This document shows positions 35,934 to 47,421 of a DNA stretch of 64,000 nucleotides, piece by piece; the stretch's first letter is position 1; each line of letters begins with the position of its first letter. A program made the translations under genes and the position numbers. Below the pieces are notes generated by a model. The model saw nothing but the letters and a program-made list of their open reading frames with translations, did no database searches and was not told where the DNA came from. Source of the stretch: Lama guanicoe. Its lineage: Eukaryota. Location of the stretch: contig MU053365.1 in assembly GCA_013239625.1 (NCBI GenBank), positions 1,336,115 to 1,400,114 of the forward strand. The letters run 5' to 3'.

Positions 35934-36474
35934 AAAATTTAAAAACCCAATCTGCAGTTTCTCTCCCAGAAAGAGTTTTATCTTGTCAAATGCAGTCATC
36001 TTTCCCTATGCTTCTGCTGATCTAACTTTAAAGATCAATTCTTGTTCCATCAGGCTCTGAGCATATCTAAAAAGATTACGTGCTTAAACTCATCATTCCA
36101 GAGATCTGATTCATAGGCCTTTAAATTTAATATGACAGCCTTGAATTTGCTTTAGCTATTCTGTTTCTTCTAGCTAGGTTTCCAGTTCGGTTCTGGATTT
36201 CTCTTAGTGGTTAAGGGAGGGAGAAGGTGAAGGGGAGTGTTTCCAGGCTTCTGGCTTCAGGCGATCTAAGGAAACATTCTGAGGAATGATTTGGGACATG
36301 GAATCTAGGTCTTCTACAATGAGTTCAGAGTTTCCCCCTTCAGCTACATTACTCAGCATTAACAGTAGGGAAGTTGAGCAAATCTGTACTCAAGAAACAA
36401 AGAATTTTTCATAGGCTCTTAGGTTTGCAGAATTGGAATCATACTGCATGACACTTTTATAGACCATAGTGCTC

Positions 36475-36650
36475 TCACAGACATTTATTTCATTCATTCC
36501 TTGAGAATGATTCTGTAAGAGTGACAGAATTACCATCCTATTTTTAAACTCAGACTCAGCCTGGTGAAGAGCTTCGCTTGCCGAGTAAGGAGCAGACCTA
36601 GGACTTGAACTAGATTTCTGGTTCTTTATCCACAGTGCCATTCTCTGCTC
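36475..36650 (-). mobile_element. MIR SINE
   Basis: 'acatttatttcattcattccttgag...gcagacctaggacttgaactagatttctg...cacagtgccattctc'. Confidence 0.6.
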
Positions 36651-39600
36651 TAAATCTGTCTGAGACCTTAAAGTTTAGTCCTGTTCCCACCTAAGTATTT
36701 GAATCTCCTCTCTGACGTTTTTCTATTCTGTGACAGCAGGTTAACATAACTGAGTCCGTTCTGCTCACACTTGAAATCTCAAGGTAATCAGAGCAAGAGA
36801 TGTGAGCATGTATGTATGTGTATAAGGGAACTTGATAACTTTCTCCATTTCCTACGTGTGTGACATGGGAAAGATAGATTCCATCTCTCTTCTCTAAGAA
36901 CTGTTGATGTAATTTACATATTCCAGTATTAATAATTTATGAAGGTACAGGTGGAAAAAATGAATGCTCTTATTGGGGGCCTTTAGTCTAATGTGGTTCT
37001 TATTTTTGACTATTATTACTCTGGGTTCATTCTTCCAGAATGTGTGATAAGATCTCATGGTGGCTTTGGGGGAAAATAAGTAATTATTAAAGGAGAAATA
37101 TTGACTGCAAGACAGAGATCTGTTGTAGAGAGAAACCGCAAACTGGAAACTTGGAATACAAAGGATAAAGAACACTTTCTTGTAGCAGCATTACCTTTGC
37201 TCTTATGAAAATGTATATAACCATGAAACTATAGAGTTGGAAGGGCCTTTGTAATCACTTCACAGTGAGTAGAAAAAGGAACCAAGGTTAGGATTTCCAA
37301 GTGGAAATTCATGGTAAAGGTGAGATGAGAAAACAAGTGCAAGTCTCAGGAGCTGGGACCTTGTCTATTGCTCCAGCACACAGTACACTATGGCTTTTGC
37401 ATTGCACCTCTTGCTATTCTTTTGTCCCTTCCTCTCAATTCAGAGTGATTTTTCTGCACATACAGTGATGATTTAAGGATAAATCCTTAAATTTAAGGGT
37501 ATACAGTATAAACTAATTTTTATTGATTTTCTGCTTTTTGTACCAGCAGACTGTCTTACAGTGTATGCAAAAAGTCATATAACTAATCTTGAATTCAATC
37601 ACAGTGACAGAAATCAGATACAAAAATAAAAGAATTACACTGGTTATCATTCAGAATACAGGAAGATTGCCAGTTTATGACTTGAAAATCACTTTAAGAG
37701 AATGTATTCCAAGAGGATATTAATCAGATAGTTCAAGTTCTAATTTATTAAGAGAACTATTCCTCATGAATTAGAGAACTCGACAGTTTTGTAAATTCTT
37801 TATAATAGGAACAGTTAATAGGGACAGAGTTGCAGTCAATAAGCAGTCTCCATAACTGAGTCTTAAGCTTCTGATTTGTCAACAATATGAAAGAATGCAA
37901 TTAGAAAGTAACTGGGGAAATAATAATAAATATGTCTTTAATGAAGACTGAGACCCTTTTGTAAACTCTGTGTAATTAGTTTTTGTGTGCTAGCAAATCT
38001 TTTTGAGTCCTACAAAATTATGGGCTGTATCATATCTGAATGTTATTGATGCACCCCTCTCTTATACAGAGCAATTAGGAAAGATAGCTTAAAAAGACTG
38101 TCGAGGTAAAAACTAGAGATAATTGAAAACTGAGAAGTTTCATTTCCATTGTCAAAAAAGGGATAATGGAATCCAGCATGTAATCTGCTATTTTTTATCA
38201 TGTTGTCATTCTGTGATCTAATACCAGATTAGTCAATGGAAGATTCTATCCATCATAATGGACTTAATGTTCCTCAAAACTAGAATCACTGAAGGAAGTT
38301 AGATTAAGGCCAAACAGTTCTTGAAATATTCAAATATTATCGCTAGAAACATTAATGATGTGTGTAGATCATCATATATTTGGCCAGGTAGGTAACCCTG
38401 CTTCAGTTTTATATGAACAACTCCATCAACACTGCACAATATTTTATGGAGAAGGAAAAGCCATAATTTAATTTATAAAGTACAGAGAGAACATGTGATC
38501 TTCATAACTTTTGTGTGATTGGGCAGGGGTCATACATCCCTTGCACCCTTTTTCAGTTCAGAAGAATCTGCAACTCAGAGTTGAATGACTTACCCTAGAG
38601 GAATTAAAGACTGAGTTTCAGGTCCGGGTCTTCCCATGCCACGTCTTTCAATTTTCTTTAGTTGTTGAATTTCACCTCCTACCAAACATATACTTTTGGC
38701 TTCAAATTGAGTTACAAATTCTATTAAATATCAAATTCTGTGCTCTCACATACAGATTCACAATTAACTTTATCTTATGATGTGTGCAATATAGCTGTAT
38801 CTCTGAATTTAAATAACCTTCCATATTCATTACCTATTAGATACCTGGGGATATGCTGATTTATAAGATTCATGGTTGAAGAATGGCATATTCTTTACTT
38901 AGGGAGCATCCTTCATGGCTTTCAGAAAGTTGTTCTTCAGATTTATGATTCAATTAGAAAGGACTTAGAAAAAACTTTTCCTTCACTTCAATGGCAATCT
39001 AAAAGAAATTATTTTAGTGAATTGATGCTTAGAGTTTTAATGGAAGTAGATTTCTCTGCCACAAACTACCCTCCTGAGGTTGTGATGTTAAAGACAATGC
39101 AAAGATTCAAAGAAATCAATACCACTGAGGTCCAAAGTGTTGACTGTTGAGGATATGAATTACCAGAGGCAGGGAACACTATTTGAATTACTTCATCTGC
39201 AGAGGAAAAAATATGCCACAAAATGGGCTATATTACAGCATTTGCAAATCTTTAATTTAGCTAACTGATGAAGAAAATTTATTGGCAAAGCAGACTGTGG
39301 TTTAGGAAAGAATATGGAAACATAAATATATCCTTATTCTTGAAGTTTCCTGGATTTCATGGAAGTTGCTAGAAACATCTCAGAGGTTTTCCTAAAAATG
39401 CCACTTTCTTCCATATGTTAAATCTGCTCAGTTTGACCTGGTACTGATGAACAGAGTAGTTACAACCAGTTTTCCTGGTAGGGAAAAAAATTCATCTATT
39501 TTAATTTTTTAAGGAAATAGCATGGGGAGTAAAGAAAGTTTTCCTTCCTGATCTCATAGAAGACATATAGCTGTGATGTGTGATTTCTGGGAACATCATG

Positions 39601-40544
39601 ATGGCTTAAGGGCATTGGACCCAGTTCAGAGAGCCTTGGTATTTTGGAAGTGAATTTTTGGTCTTCTTGAGGCAGACTATTCAGAAGTTTTCTTTGGGTT
39701 TTAAATATTGATATTCAATTGATTAAAGTTATAAATCCCCAAACCTAGTTTTTTCTTCATTTTTGAGTTCTGCATAGAAATCTTCTAATTCTCCTCCTAT
39801 ATCTAATAGATTTTACCAGTCCTTCAAAGGGCTTTTAAATAATGTATAGTACCATTTTCCAACTTAGTTAATTAAACACCTTCAGATATTTTAAACTACA
39901 TTTATACATTTAATATATAGTACTCATTTTCCTTTCTTAAGTCTTTTAATTGTCTGATAAACAAAGCCTCTAGAGTATTAAGTAATTCTTATAATAAATT
40001 GAATTTATATATGTCATGAACCAAAAGTTCTCTTAGATGTTCCAGCAGTATTAAAGAATGCAGTAAAATTCCACTTAAAATCATAAGTATAATGAGTTAT
40101 TCAGTTCCACATTTTTAATTGGAGTTACAAGGCTGTCACTCTAAAAAATCCAAATTCTCTTAAAATAGCAAGAACATTGATATTAAATACGTACAAAAAT
40201 ATAACAGAATTTGATTCTCCCAAACCTTTATTTTCTTCATTCTAAATCTTCCTACATTTAAAAGATCTGTACTCACTAAAGAAGCTGGTGACTGTTCCAA
40301 ATTCCTATGGTTACTTACAACCAGAGATATTGCCCAGGCTCATATGAGAACTGGAGCTGCAGGTCTTTGGACCACCCCTGCTGTCATTCTGAACCCTTTT
40401 ATACAGTTACTGTATTTGACATGACTCTGCTTAGAAGGGAATAGGTCTCCTAACTCATACTACCCAATTTTTTGTTTCTCAGAGAAATTCACCACTGCCC
40501 ACCCAGGTTAATCACTTGCACTTCTGTGCTTCTTAAAACATGTT

Positions 40545-40805
40545 ATAGTGCTTAGTGCCCAAGCAGGGAATCTGGAGTCAGATTACCCAGGTTCACATTC
40601 AAGTTCTACTGCTTATTAGCTGTGCAATCTTGGGCAAGGAGCTTAAAGTCTTGGTGCCTCAGTTTCCTAATCTGTAAAATGTGGATAATACCAGAAAATA
40701 CCTCATAGGTTTGTCATGAGGATTAAATGTGTTAATATATGTAAAACTTTTTTGAATAGTCCCTGGCTCATAGTATGTGCTATTTAAGTATTAACAGTTA
40801 TTATC
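40545..40805 (+). mobile_element. MIR SINE, near full length
   Basis: 'ctggagtcagattacccaggttcacattc...ctgtgcaatcttgggcaag...tgcctcagtttcctaatctgtaaaatg...cctcataggtttgtcatgaggattaaatg'. Confidence 0.9.
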
Positions 40806-41136
40806 ATTATATGTATTTTCCTTCTAACTCAAAAGATCTGTGAACTGGAGATATCCTGAGATGTAACTGGCTTTTCCATTTAATTTTAAAGATCTTTGAA
40901 CTCAATGGAATCTTGTAATCTTTCATAATTATAGAATCATATAATTTCCTTAGATATTAAAATTATATTCAGTTTAATTTTCTACATTACTTTAGATTTG
41001 TCCTTTTTATGGTCACAGCTTATTAAGTTATTCTACTGAATGGTTTTAGACTCAGCTCTATGTACTAAGTAAATGACTTGCCTGAGTCACTTAACCTCCT
41101 TGTGCCTCAATTGTCTTACCTTAAAAATGGGGATAA

Positions 41137-42068
41137 ATGGGTAAAGAAGATGTGATACACATATAAACACAGACACACACACATACACACACACAATGGA
41201 GTGCTACTCAGCTATAAGAAAGGATGAAAACTTGCCATTTGTGACAACATGGACGGACCAGTCGGTATTATGCTAAGTGAAATAAGTCAGACAGAGAAAA
41301 GGCAAATACTGTATGATTTCACTTATGTGTAGAATCTAAAAAATAAACGAACAAACGTAACAAAACAGAAATAGATTTATATATACAGTGAACAAACAGG
41401 TGGTTGCCAGAGGGGAGGGGGATGGGGGAGAAAAGAAATAGATGAGTTAGATTCAGAGGTACAAACTTCGAGTTGCAAAATAAATGAGTCATTGCTATGA
41501 AATGTGCAGTGTGGGGAAGATAGTCAATAACTATGTAATATCTTTGGTGACACATTGTAACTAGATTTATTGTGGTGAACATTTTGAAATGTACAGAAAT
41601 ATTGAATCACTATGTTGTGCAACAGGAACTAACATAGTGTTGCAGGTCAATTATACTTCAAAAACAAACAAGTAAACAAACTAACAAACTCATAGAAAAA
41701 GAGATCAGATTTGTGGTTACTAGGGGTGGGAGTGGGGAGAGGAGTAATTAGATAAAGGCAGTCAAAAGGTACAAACTTCCAGTTACAAGATGAATACGTG
41801 CTAGGGATGTAATGTACAACATGATAAATATAATGAACTGCTGTGTGTTAGATATTAAAGTTGTTAAGTGAGTAAATCCTAATAGTTGTCATCACAAGGA
41901 AAAACTTTTTTTTCCTGTTTCTTTGATTTCATATCTATGTGAGATGATGGATATTCAGTAAATTTATTTTGAGAATCATTTCAGGACGTATGTAAGTCAA
42001 ATCATTATGCTGTACATCTTAAACTTACACAGTGCTGTATGTCAATTGTATGTCAATAAAATTGGAAG
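41137..42068 (+). mobile_element. LINE-1 3' end (L1MA9-like) inserted into a MIR
   Basis: ORF2 end ('gccatttgtgacaacatgg...attatgctaagtgaaataagtcag'), long 3' UTR ending 'tcaataaaattggaag'. Degenerate TSD AAAAATGGGGATAA (41123-41136) / AAAAATTAGGGATAA (42069-42083), derived from the MIR core. Confidence 0.9.
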
Positions 42069-42109
42069 AAAAATTAGGGATAATAATTCCTGACATGCTC
42101 TGTCTACCT

Positions 42110-43675
42110 TATTCAATAAATACTAAATATTATTGAGCACCCACTATATCCTAGGCACCATTCTAGGTTCTTTGAATAAATTAGTGAAGAAAGCATACAA
42201 ATACTCCTGCCTTCTTGGAGCTTAGCCAGGGTGGCAGTGGCAAGGAGAAGGTGGTGGAGAGAGGAGACATAATGAGTGAGTAAATTAGGAGGTGATAAGA
42301 GCTAAAGGAAAAAATAGAACAGGTTAAGAGGAATCAGAAATTTGCAGGAGGAGTTTGGGGGCCAATTACAATATTAAACAGTGTGATCAGTCTTAGGCCT
42401 TACAGAGAATATGAGATTTGAGTGGGATGAGATTAAGCCAAGACATACCTGGGGAAAGAACATTTCTCACGGAAGGAATGATATACTAGTCAGCTTCTGC
42501 TGAAGCAACAAACCACCCTAATATATCAAGCTCTGACAAGCACAAACATTTATTTTTTGCACATATCATGTGGCCAATAGTCACTCCCATAATTCTTAAG
42601 ATACTTTCTTCTTTCTAGACTTAATAATAGTATTGAAGCTTATCAGGGGCAGGGAAATCTATTTCACTACAGGGAAGCATGGTCTGGTTGCTCACTCCTT
42701 TAATGTCTCCAAGTGTCTCAGATTTACTCTTGGCCAACCTTTGGGAATGCAACCCTTGGAATGTTCTATCTATCACTGATGGATTGATTATTTTGTTGTG
42801 TGCACCTGGGAGAAATAGACCATTCCATAGTAGCTTGTCAGGATTGCTTTGCACATACATCAAGATTGATGACGTGCATGTGGTTTCATTGTTTTGGTCC
42901 TGGGTTTCAGTTGCCATGGCTGATTGCTAGCAAGATGTGCCTACGTGACCAACCCCTACAAAAGCCTCAGGCCCTGAGACTCAAATGGATTTCCCTTGGC
43001 AGAGACATTCCATACTTGTCTCTGTAGTTTGCTGCCAGAGGAAAAAAAACCATTCTATGTGGCCTCAGATGAGGAAGGACATCAGAAGCCTATGTTGGAC
43101 TTCTCTGGACTCTGTTAATGCATGTCTTTCTCCTGCTGCTTTTGCTTTGTATCTTTTGTGATAAATCTTGGCCATAATCTGCTATTGAATTGTGATTCTT
43201 TCCAGTGAATCATTGAAGTTAAGGAAGAGGTTGTGGGATTTCTCACACAGGGACAGAATTGATCATGGCTACCACAAACAAGTGGAGCAAAGGCTTAAAA
43301 ACAGGAACATAACCTTGCATGATCAAGGAACAGCAAATAAGCCATTGTTTGTGGAGTGAATGGTACGAGATAGGAATAGGAGATGAGGTCAAGGAGTGAT
43401 GAGGGTGGTTATATCATGTAGGCTTTACAGGTTGTAGTGAAATAGGAAGCTGTAGGAAGGTTTTGAATAGAAGAGTGACATAATCTAAGGGATCACTGGG
43501 GCTACTGTTTTGAGACTGGGTGGTAGAGGGGCAAGGGTGGAACTTGGGAAACCCATTAGGAGGCTATTACAATAATTAAAGTGAGAGTTGATGGTGACCT
43601 GGACCAGGCAACAGCAGTGGACATGGTAGGAAGGGGTCAGACTTTGAATATTTTGAAGATAATTTGTATGGATCA
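42110..43675 (-). mobile_element. L2 LINE remnant, interrupted by LTR fragments
   Basis: 'tattgagcacccactatatcctaggcacc' ... 'gatcactggggctactgttttgagac...aggaggctattacaataat'. Confidence 0.8.
42630..43249 (+). mobile_element. ERVL-type LTR (MER21/MER77 family)
   Basis: 'gtgcctacgtgaccaaccccta caaaagcc...ccctgagactcaaatggatttccc...cttctctggactctg...tttgctttgtatctttt...ccagtgaatcattgaa', ending in CA. Confidence 0.7.
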
Positions 43676-43985
43676 AGAGGAGTAATAGTGTGTGTGAAAG
43701 TTTGTCAGATGTAAGGCATCATACACAGGTAATTGATTATTTTCGGGTCTGAAATATTGTTCTGGCGAGGAGGATGACTGGGCCTGAGAATTCTGAGGGA
43801 AGGCAAAAGCTTCTGTTGTAGAAATCTGAATCCTGTAGAGAGACCAAGCAACACTCAGAGGGTTGGAGAACTCAGGTTTATTACACCAGCAGGCCCAGAG
43901 GAGTTAACACTCCAAGCTCTGGACCCCATTTGTAGGTTTACACAGGCTTTTATAGGGTTTTAGGTTTTGATTAAATTCACACCAT

Positions 43986-44127
43986 ATGCAAATGAGGTAT
44001 TAGAAATGGGCCAATCAGGAGTGAGCTTGTGGGAATCAATAGAATTTTAGGGGTAAATGCAAATGAGGTGTTAGAAATGGACCAATCAGGAGTGAGCTTT
44101 TGGGAACCAATGGAATTTTAGGGGTAA
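43986..44127. promoter_or_regulatory. 2 x 71-bp tandem repeat; each unit has an octamer ATGCAAAT and CCAAT box(es)
   Basis: Units 43986-44056 and 44057-44127 differ at 5 positions. Both begin ATGCAAATGAGG and contain RCCAATCAG. The repeat is directly visible; regulatory function is inferred. Confidence 0.6.
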
Positions 44128-44299
44128 GTTTCATTTTCCTAGAAGCAAGCCATTTTACAGAAGCACAAAAGTGGGAAGACAGTGGCCTTACCTGGGAGGT
44201 CTTGCTGGTCCCTTTGTGGGTTTTGCCCCTTCACTTCCATTGGCAAGGCTGCAGAGGGGGCTTTCTTAGACCATTCATGTAAGCAACACACAGACTTTT

Positions 44300-44705
44300 A
44301 AAATTAAAAAAATTTTTTTTCTTGAAATATAGTTGGTTTACAATGTGTTAATTTCTGGTGTACAGCACAGTGATTCAGTTATATATACATACTCTTTTCC
44401 ATTATAGGTTATTACAAGGTATTGAATATAGTTCCCTGTGCTATACAGTAGGACCTTGTTTCTCTATTTTGTGTATAGTATTTGGTATCTGCTAATCCCA
44501 AACTCCTAATTAACCCCTCCCCCCATTTCCCCTTTGGTAACCATAAGTTTGTTTTCTATGTCTGTGAGTCTGTTTCTGTTTTGTTAATAAGTTCATTTGT
44601 GTCTTTTTAAAAATTCCACATAGAAGTGGTATCACATGATATTTGTCTTTCTCTGTCTGACTTACTTCACTTAGTATGATCATCTCTAGGTCCATCCATG
44701 TTGCT
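44300..44705 (-). mobile_element. 5'-truncated LINE-1 3' end (older, cetartiodactyl-type)
   Basis: Encodes [24 protein letters not shown]. Same 3' UTR type as 11474-11780. TSD GCAACA(C/T)ACAGACTTTT at 44283-44299 and 44706-44722. Confidence 0.95.
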
Positions 44706-46174
44706 GCAACATACAGACTTTTTTTTAACAACAATCCCAAGAAACAGGATTTGCCAGTGCTGTTCCCGCAGATAGTCTGTCTGTGGTCAGACCTAACCCA
44801 CCACCCCAAGCACATGAGCATGGAGGAAAATCCCTTACTCTCTCATTCTCAGAGGGAATCTGGCATAATTAAAGAAAAATTTCCCCAAGCCTGTGTTTGC
44901 ATACTGGGATAAGATTTATTCTCCCCTTATTCACTGGCAGGCACATAACCAATGTGATTCCAAGTGTGGGTGTTTCCTGTCACCTTGCATCATTAAAAAA
45001 CACAGGCCAATAGCACATATATTCTGGAGCTAGTTTCTGGGTTGAGCTCTTCAGAAAGGATTTTGCCTGTGCCCCACTTTCTGGCTTTCTAGTGCTTCTC
45101 TTGTGTGTCCTTTCTCCAATTTCCCCAACCCACCCTTTCCCAACACACACATATAACAGTGTTTCGGAAGATATGATTCCCTCTTGTGCCCGGAGATTAT
45201 ATTCCTAAGTCAGATGCAAAGGAGAAATTTGAGCTGAATTATTTCTATTGCTTCTGTTCTAAAAATTTCACTTCCTCTTCGCCTAATGTGTGCAGGAAAT
45301 ATATGGCTTTATGTCTGTATAACAGCTGCAAAAGCAACTCAGGTAAGCCAGTAAACCCCAGGTGTGAATGTATTTTGATGTACTTAGAATTGCCACAATT
45401 AGAAAGCTCAACCCTGATAGAAGACCCAGAGCTAATTATACCAGGAAGAGTCAGGAAATTGGTTTAACAAAGAGAATTTGTGAAATTATCCCTGTTGACA
45501 ATTGGATTAGGGGATGTTCCCAGCTCTGTGGTTTACTGGATATTTTTCTACAAATCATTAGCAAAAAAATGTCAAACAAACTCTTTTGTTTTTCAACTTG
45601 AAATAAAGCCACAGACTCTTTAGGCGATTTGAGTGCAGCTCGGCAAAGTGAGCAAATGTATTTAGAAAGTTGCCTGGCCAACAAGTTGCTTTGCTATCTG
45701 ACCCGTGAGACAGTGGCTGACTGTAGCTGGATAAGGCAGCTTGCATAATGATATGCTACTTGGGGTCCTTCAAAGGGAGAGTACATTTTTCTGAAAGTGT
45801 CACTTAGGAAGCTTTCCATTTTACACCACATGAATGTGTTTTTCTTGTTTGATACACAGTAACACTACCCAAAGCTTTATGAGGTATAGGGACTCTTTAG
45901 GAGGAAAGCCGCCTTTGGTCTCTATTACCTGTCAAAGGTAAAGTGAGTGTGGGAGGGAGAGGAGAGGAGGAGGGGAAATGGGGGGGGGGTCACTGAAACT
46001 GATTTTCATTCCTTTATTTAGAATTGCTGTGTCAAAGTGAAGTAGACTTGGATTCTAGCCATACATCTGTTGCTGACAAGCTGTGTGACTTCAAGAAAGG
46101 GACTGAACTTGTTAGGAACTTAGTCTCCTCAACTGTAAAAAGGGGGAGGCTGAGGCTGTTAGTTGGATTTTATT

Positions 46175-46450
46175 AATTCTACAAATATTTATTGAGTAGC
46201 TTCCGTGTATCAGGTACTGTTGTAGGTACTTGGGCCTTCTCAGTGAACAAAACAGGCCAAGATCTCTGTCCTCATGGGGTTTCTATTCTTGTTGCAAGTG
46301 GAAGGGCAAACAACAAACAATAAACATAATAAATGAGATGTTCATATTAAGTTAGAAAGTGATACGTGCTATGGAAAAGAGAAAACAAGAGAGTTAGGTG
46401 AGGGTTTTCTGGAATGCTGGCAGAGGTGGGGGTGGTAAGGGTTGCAATTT
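46175..46450 (-). mobile_element. L2 LINE 3' fragment
   Basis: 'acaaatatttattgagtagcttccgtgtatcaggtactgttgtaggtacttggg...cagtgaacaaaacagg...ctgtcctcatgg'. Confidence 0.8.
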
Positions 46451-46988
46451 TAGGTCATCTCTAAGATGCTTACTAGTTCTTAAAATCTGTGATTCTATGG
46501 TGTTTATTCATTTAATATTCATAATCATGGCAAATTTATATTAAATATTTACAAAAAGACTTTAAAATCCATCATTTCTATTAATATATCTTTCGGGAAG
46601 GCAACCTTTTTGATGCCTTTTGCTTTGTCCTCAGGATCTAAGACCCTGTACAGTTTATTTTCTCCTTTCTCTCCTGGGTTTCATGAAGATTTCTCTCCCT
46701 CTTCTCCATTTTCCTGGTCTTTCTGTTTCTGTCTCCATAATGGTGCTTCTCCCAGTCTACTTTTCTGTTCACTAGTTTCACATTGACCAGAACAGAGGTC
46801 AGACTGGGAAAAGAGTATTCTACTCACATTTATCAATTCCATGAATGAACTTTCCAGGCCTCCTGGCTTAATATTCTACAACTTCATACTAATCAGTTCC
46901 CAACTAGTGCTAACACCCAAAATCTTCCAGTGAAAACAACAAACAGTAGTTAAAAGCTACTCATTCATGTAACCACACCTCTTGTGCC

Positions 46989-47040
46989 TGGGGAGTGGTT
47001 GGTTGGGGTGTGTGTGTGTGTGTGTGTGTGTTTGTGTGTA
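46989..47040. repeat. (TG)n microsatellite with a G/T-rich lead-in
   Basis: ggttggttggggtgtgtgtgtgtgtgtgtgtgtgtttgtgtgta. Confidence 0.85.
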
Positions 47041-47284
47041 TGCATGTAAGTGCCATTTGAGGATAAGAAATACATTTTATCATCAATGATTGTGTTTCAT
47101 ATTGCTTAGAGGCTAGTAAGAGGCCAGAAGATTTCTGTTGGAAGTCAAAACTCTCAGTGGACCATTTGCCATATTTGCTTTTGTATTCATTCATTCATTT
47201 AGTCATTTGCTTCATCAAGTATTTATTGGGCATTAGGAGCTGTGAATTACTACTTTTCATAACAAATGCACCAGAAAAGAATTA

Positions 47285-47421
47285 CAGTTGTCCCTTGGTA
47301 TCCATGGGGGATTGGTTCCCAGACCCCTGTGGGTACCAAAATCTGCAAATGCTCAAGTCTCTTAAATAGAATGGCACAGTGCAGTTGGCTCTGTATTTGT
47401 GTGAATATGGAGGGCTGACTG
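47285..47421 (+). mobile_element. Tigger/MER2-family MITE, 137 bp
   Basis: TA TSD on both sides. TIRs CAGTTGTCCCT / AGGGCTGACTG. Internal 'gtatccatgggggattggttcc...taccaaaatc...atgctcaagtc'. Confidence 0.88.

Larger units (their letters stand above)
43834..44733 (-). mobile_element. ERV1-type solo LTR with a duplicated enhancer-like module, interrupted near its 5' end by an L1
   Basis: TG...CA ends with a 4-bp TSD ATCC (43830-43833 / 44734-44737). Minus-strand TATAAAAG at 43947-43954 and AATAAA at 43877-43882. 2 x 71-bp repeat at 43986-44127. Confidence 0.85.

Noticed and set aside
40319..40426. Minus-strand exon candidate ending TT|GTAAGT
   Set aside because: All three frames contain stops and the acceptor is weak.
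42679..43027. Overlapping ORFs of 75-98 aa
   Set aside because: They are inside an ERVL-type LTR and show no gag/pol/env similarity.
43986..44127. Direct repeats as a CRISPR-like or satellite array
   Set aside because: Only two abutting units with no spacers, inside an LTR in a mammalian genome.
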